A DNA stretch of 57,265 bases, counting the filler, from an uncultured virus (IMG/VR IMGVR_UViG_2049941000_000270) (taxonomy: Duplodnaviria; Heunggongvirae; Uroviricota; Caudoviricetes). It is 12 parts of one record of this genome, joined end to end, with 100 filler letters (N's around TTAATTAATTAA, not from the genome) between each part and the next. Parts side by side here need not be neighbours in the genome. Positions count along the whole stretch, not along the records: positions 54,894 to 57,265 come from IMGVR_UViG_2049941000_000270; 11 more parts are not named here. One strand, written 5' to 3'. The notes beneath the pieces were generated by a model. That model was not told the DNA's origin. It did not search any database and saw nothing but the letters and a program-made list of their open reading frames with translations. Below, one piece after another: positions 56,554-57,265 of the stretch. Position numbers and translations under genes: made by a program. Within the stretch, counting starts at the first letter, position 1. Each line of letters opens with the position of its first letter.

Positions 56554-57244
56554 TATCATCCCAGTCATCCATTGTCTGTATGATTGCTATCAATGGTTTC
56601 AAATCATGATCTGTCCTCAATGAGAAATCAGTCTCAAAACATTTGGTCATATTACCATCACCATCTTCCAGGTCTTTGTCTTTGTCAAATGCATAATAAT
56701 AATCAGTATCCCCATCAGTGATTATGGCAATATCAATATTTCCCCAGATATTATACACATTCTCACCATCAAAGTCAACAAGGTCACCATCAGCAAATGC
56801 TGTATTGGAAAGTATAAGCCTGGTACCATCCTCAAGTTTACCTATCACTCTACCATCCTCCTTTTTGACTTCACCAGAACCTCTGTCAAGCATTCCACCC
56901 CAGGTGGATTCTCCAATAAAATCAGTACAATTCTTGATGACACTTTCCTTCATCACATATCCTTTGAGGAAATAATGGAAATCTGTGTACTTATGATTAC
57001 CACCAAATAACCTTCTAACCCTGTCGGAAATTATCCTGGCATCCCTCATATCATAAAGGTTGAGTCTGTCTTTGTCAAAATTACCAAAGAGTTTGGTGAT
57101 TCTCTCATCTCTTTCAATGATGAACTTGATGTTGTGCTTCTTGTCATCAACAATCAGTCCACCACCCATAGATTTTGCAAAGTAAATTTCCTCATTCTTC
57201 TTTGGCTGCATTGTACCTGTCTTGTGGTCAAATTCAAATTTCAT
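56554..57244 (-). CDS. Modular protein with an internal CTS-like segment plus ES-WGG motif; truncated
   Basis: ...VIKNCTDFIGESTWGGMLDRGSGEVKKED (motif at 56855-56914). Confidence 0.7.
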
Positions 57245-57265
57245 AATGTAAATTACATATCTCAT

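Noticed and set aside
32253..56914. ES-WGG repeats as a CRISPR array or non-coding repeat
   Set aside because: Copies are dispersed, in frame, vary at synonymous positions and have no regular spacers; conservation is at the protein level.
3886..56975. Numerous antisense and alternative-frame ORFs in the track, and X-filled ORFs spanning gaps
   Set aside because: They are shadows of well-supported genes on the other strand or artefacts of N runs.

Overview
A heavily fragmented scaffold of a large T4-like (myovirus, probably jumbo) bacteriophage. It has many 10-N gaps, TTAATTAATTAA contig linkers and short duplicated strain-variant fragments. Two exact Bacteroidota-type promoters and a DUF4494-like gene point to a Bacteroidota host. 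Recognisable content: a virion module (major capsid fragment, prohead protease fused to a repeat scaffold, portal, sheath, tube, gp15-like protein), replication/recombination genes (PolB, clamp-like protein, DnaB/gp41 helicase, RecA/UvsX, gp47-like nuclease, RuvC-like, PD-(D/E)XK nuclease) and auxiliary genes (PhoH, Dam, a second MTase, MetK, DnaK and GroES-like fragments). The most striking unexplained signal is a 20-21 aa peptide, xES[T/V]W[G/E][G/D][M/I]LD[R/K]GxG..[V/I][R/K][K/R]E[D/N], present 11 times as an N-terminal leader or an internal spacer in otherwise unrelated proteins. In one paralog the same slot is occupied by a near-copy of the major capsid protein's own N-terminal arm (VGxMGAAYFPG..GSGDxP). 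T4-like capsid-targeting N-termini and a CATAAATA late promoter also mark a RimK/RimB-like pair and a MoxR-AAA/zincin/vWA set. Together these suggest, as inference, a modular tag-based system for loading diverse cargo into the capsid.
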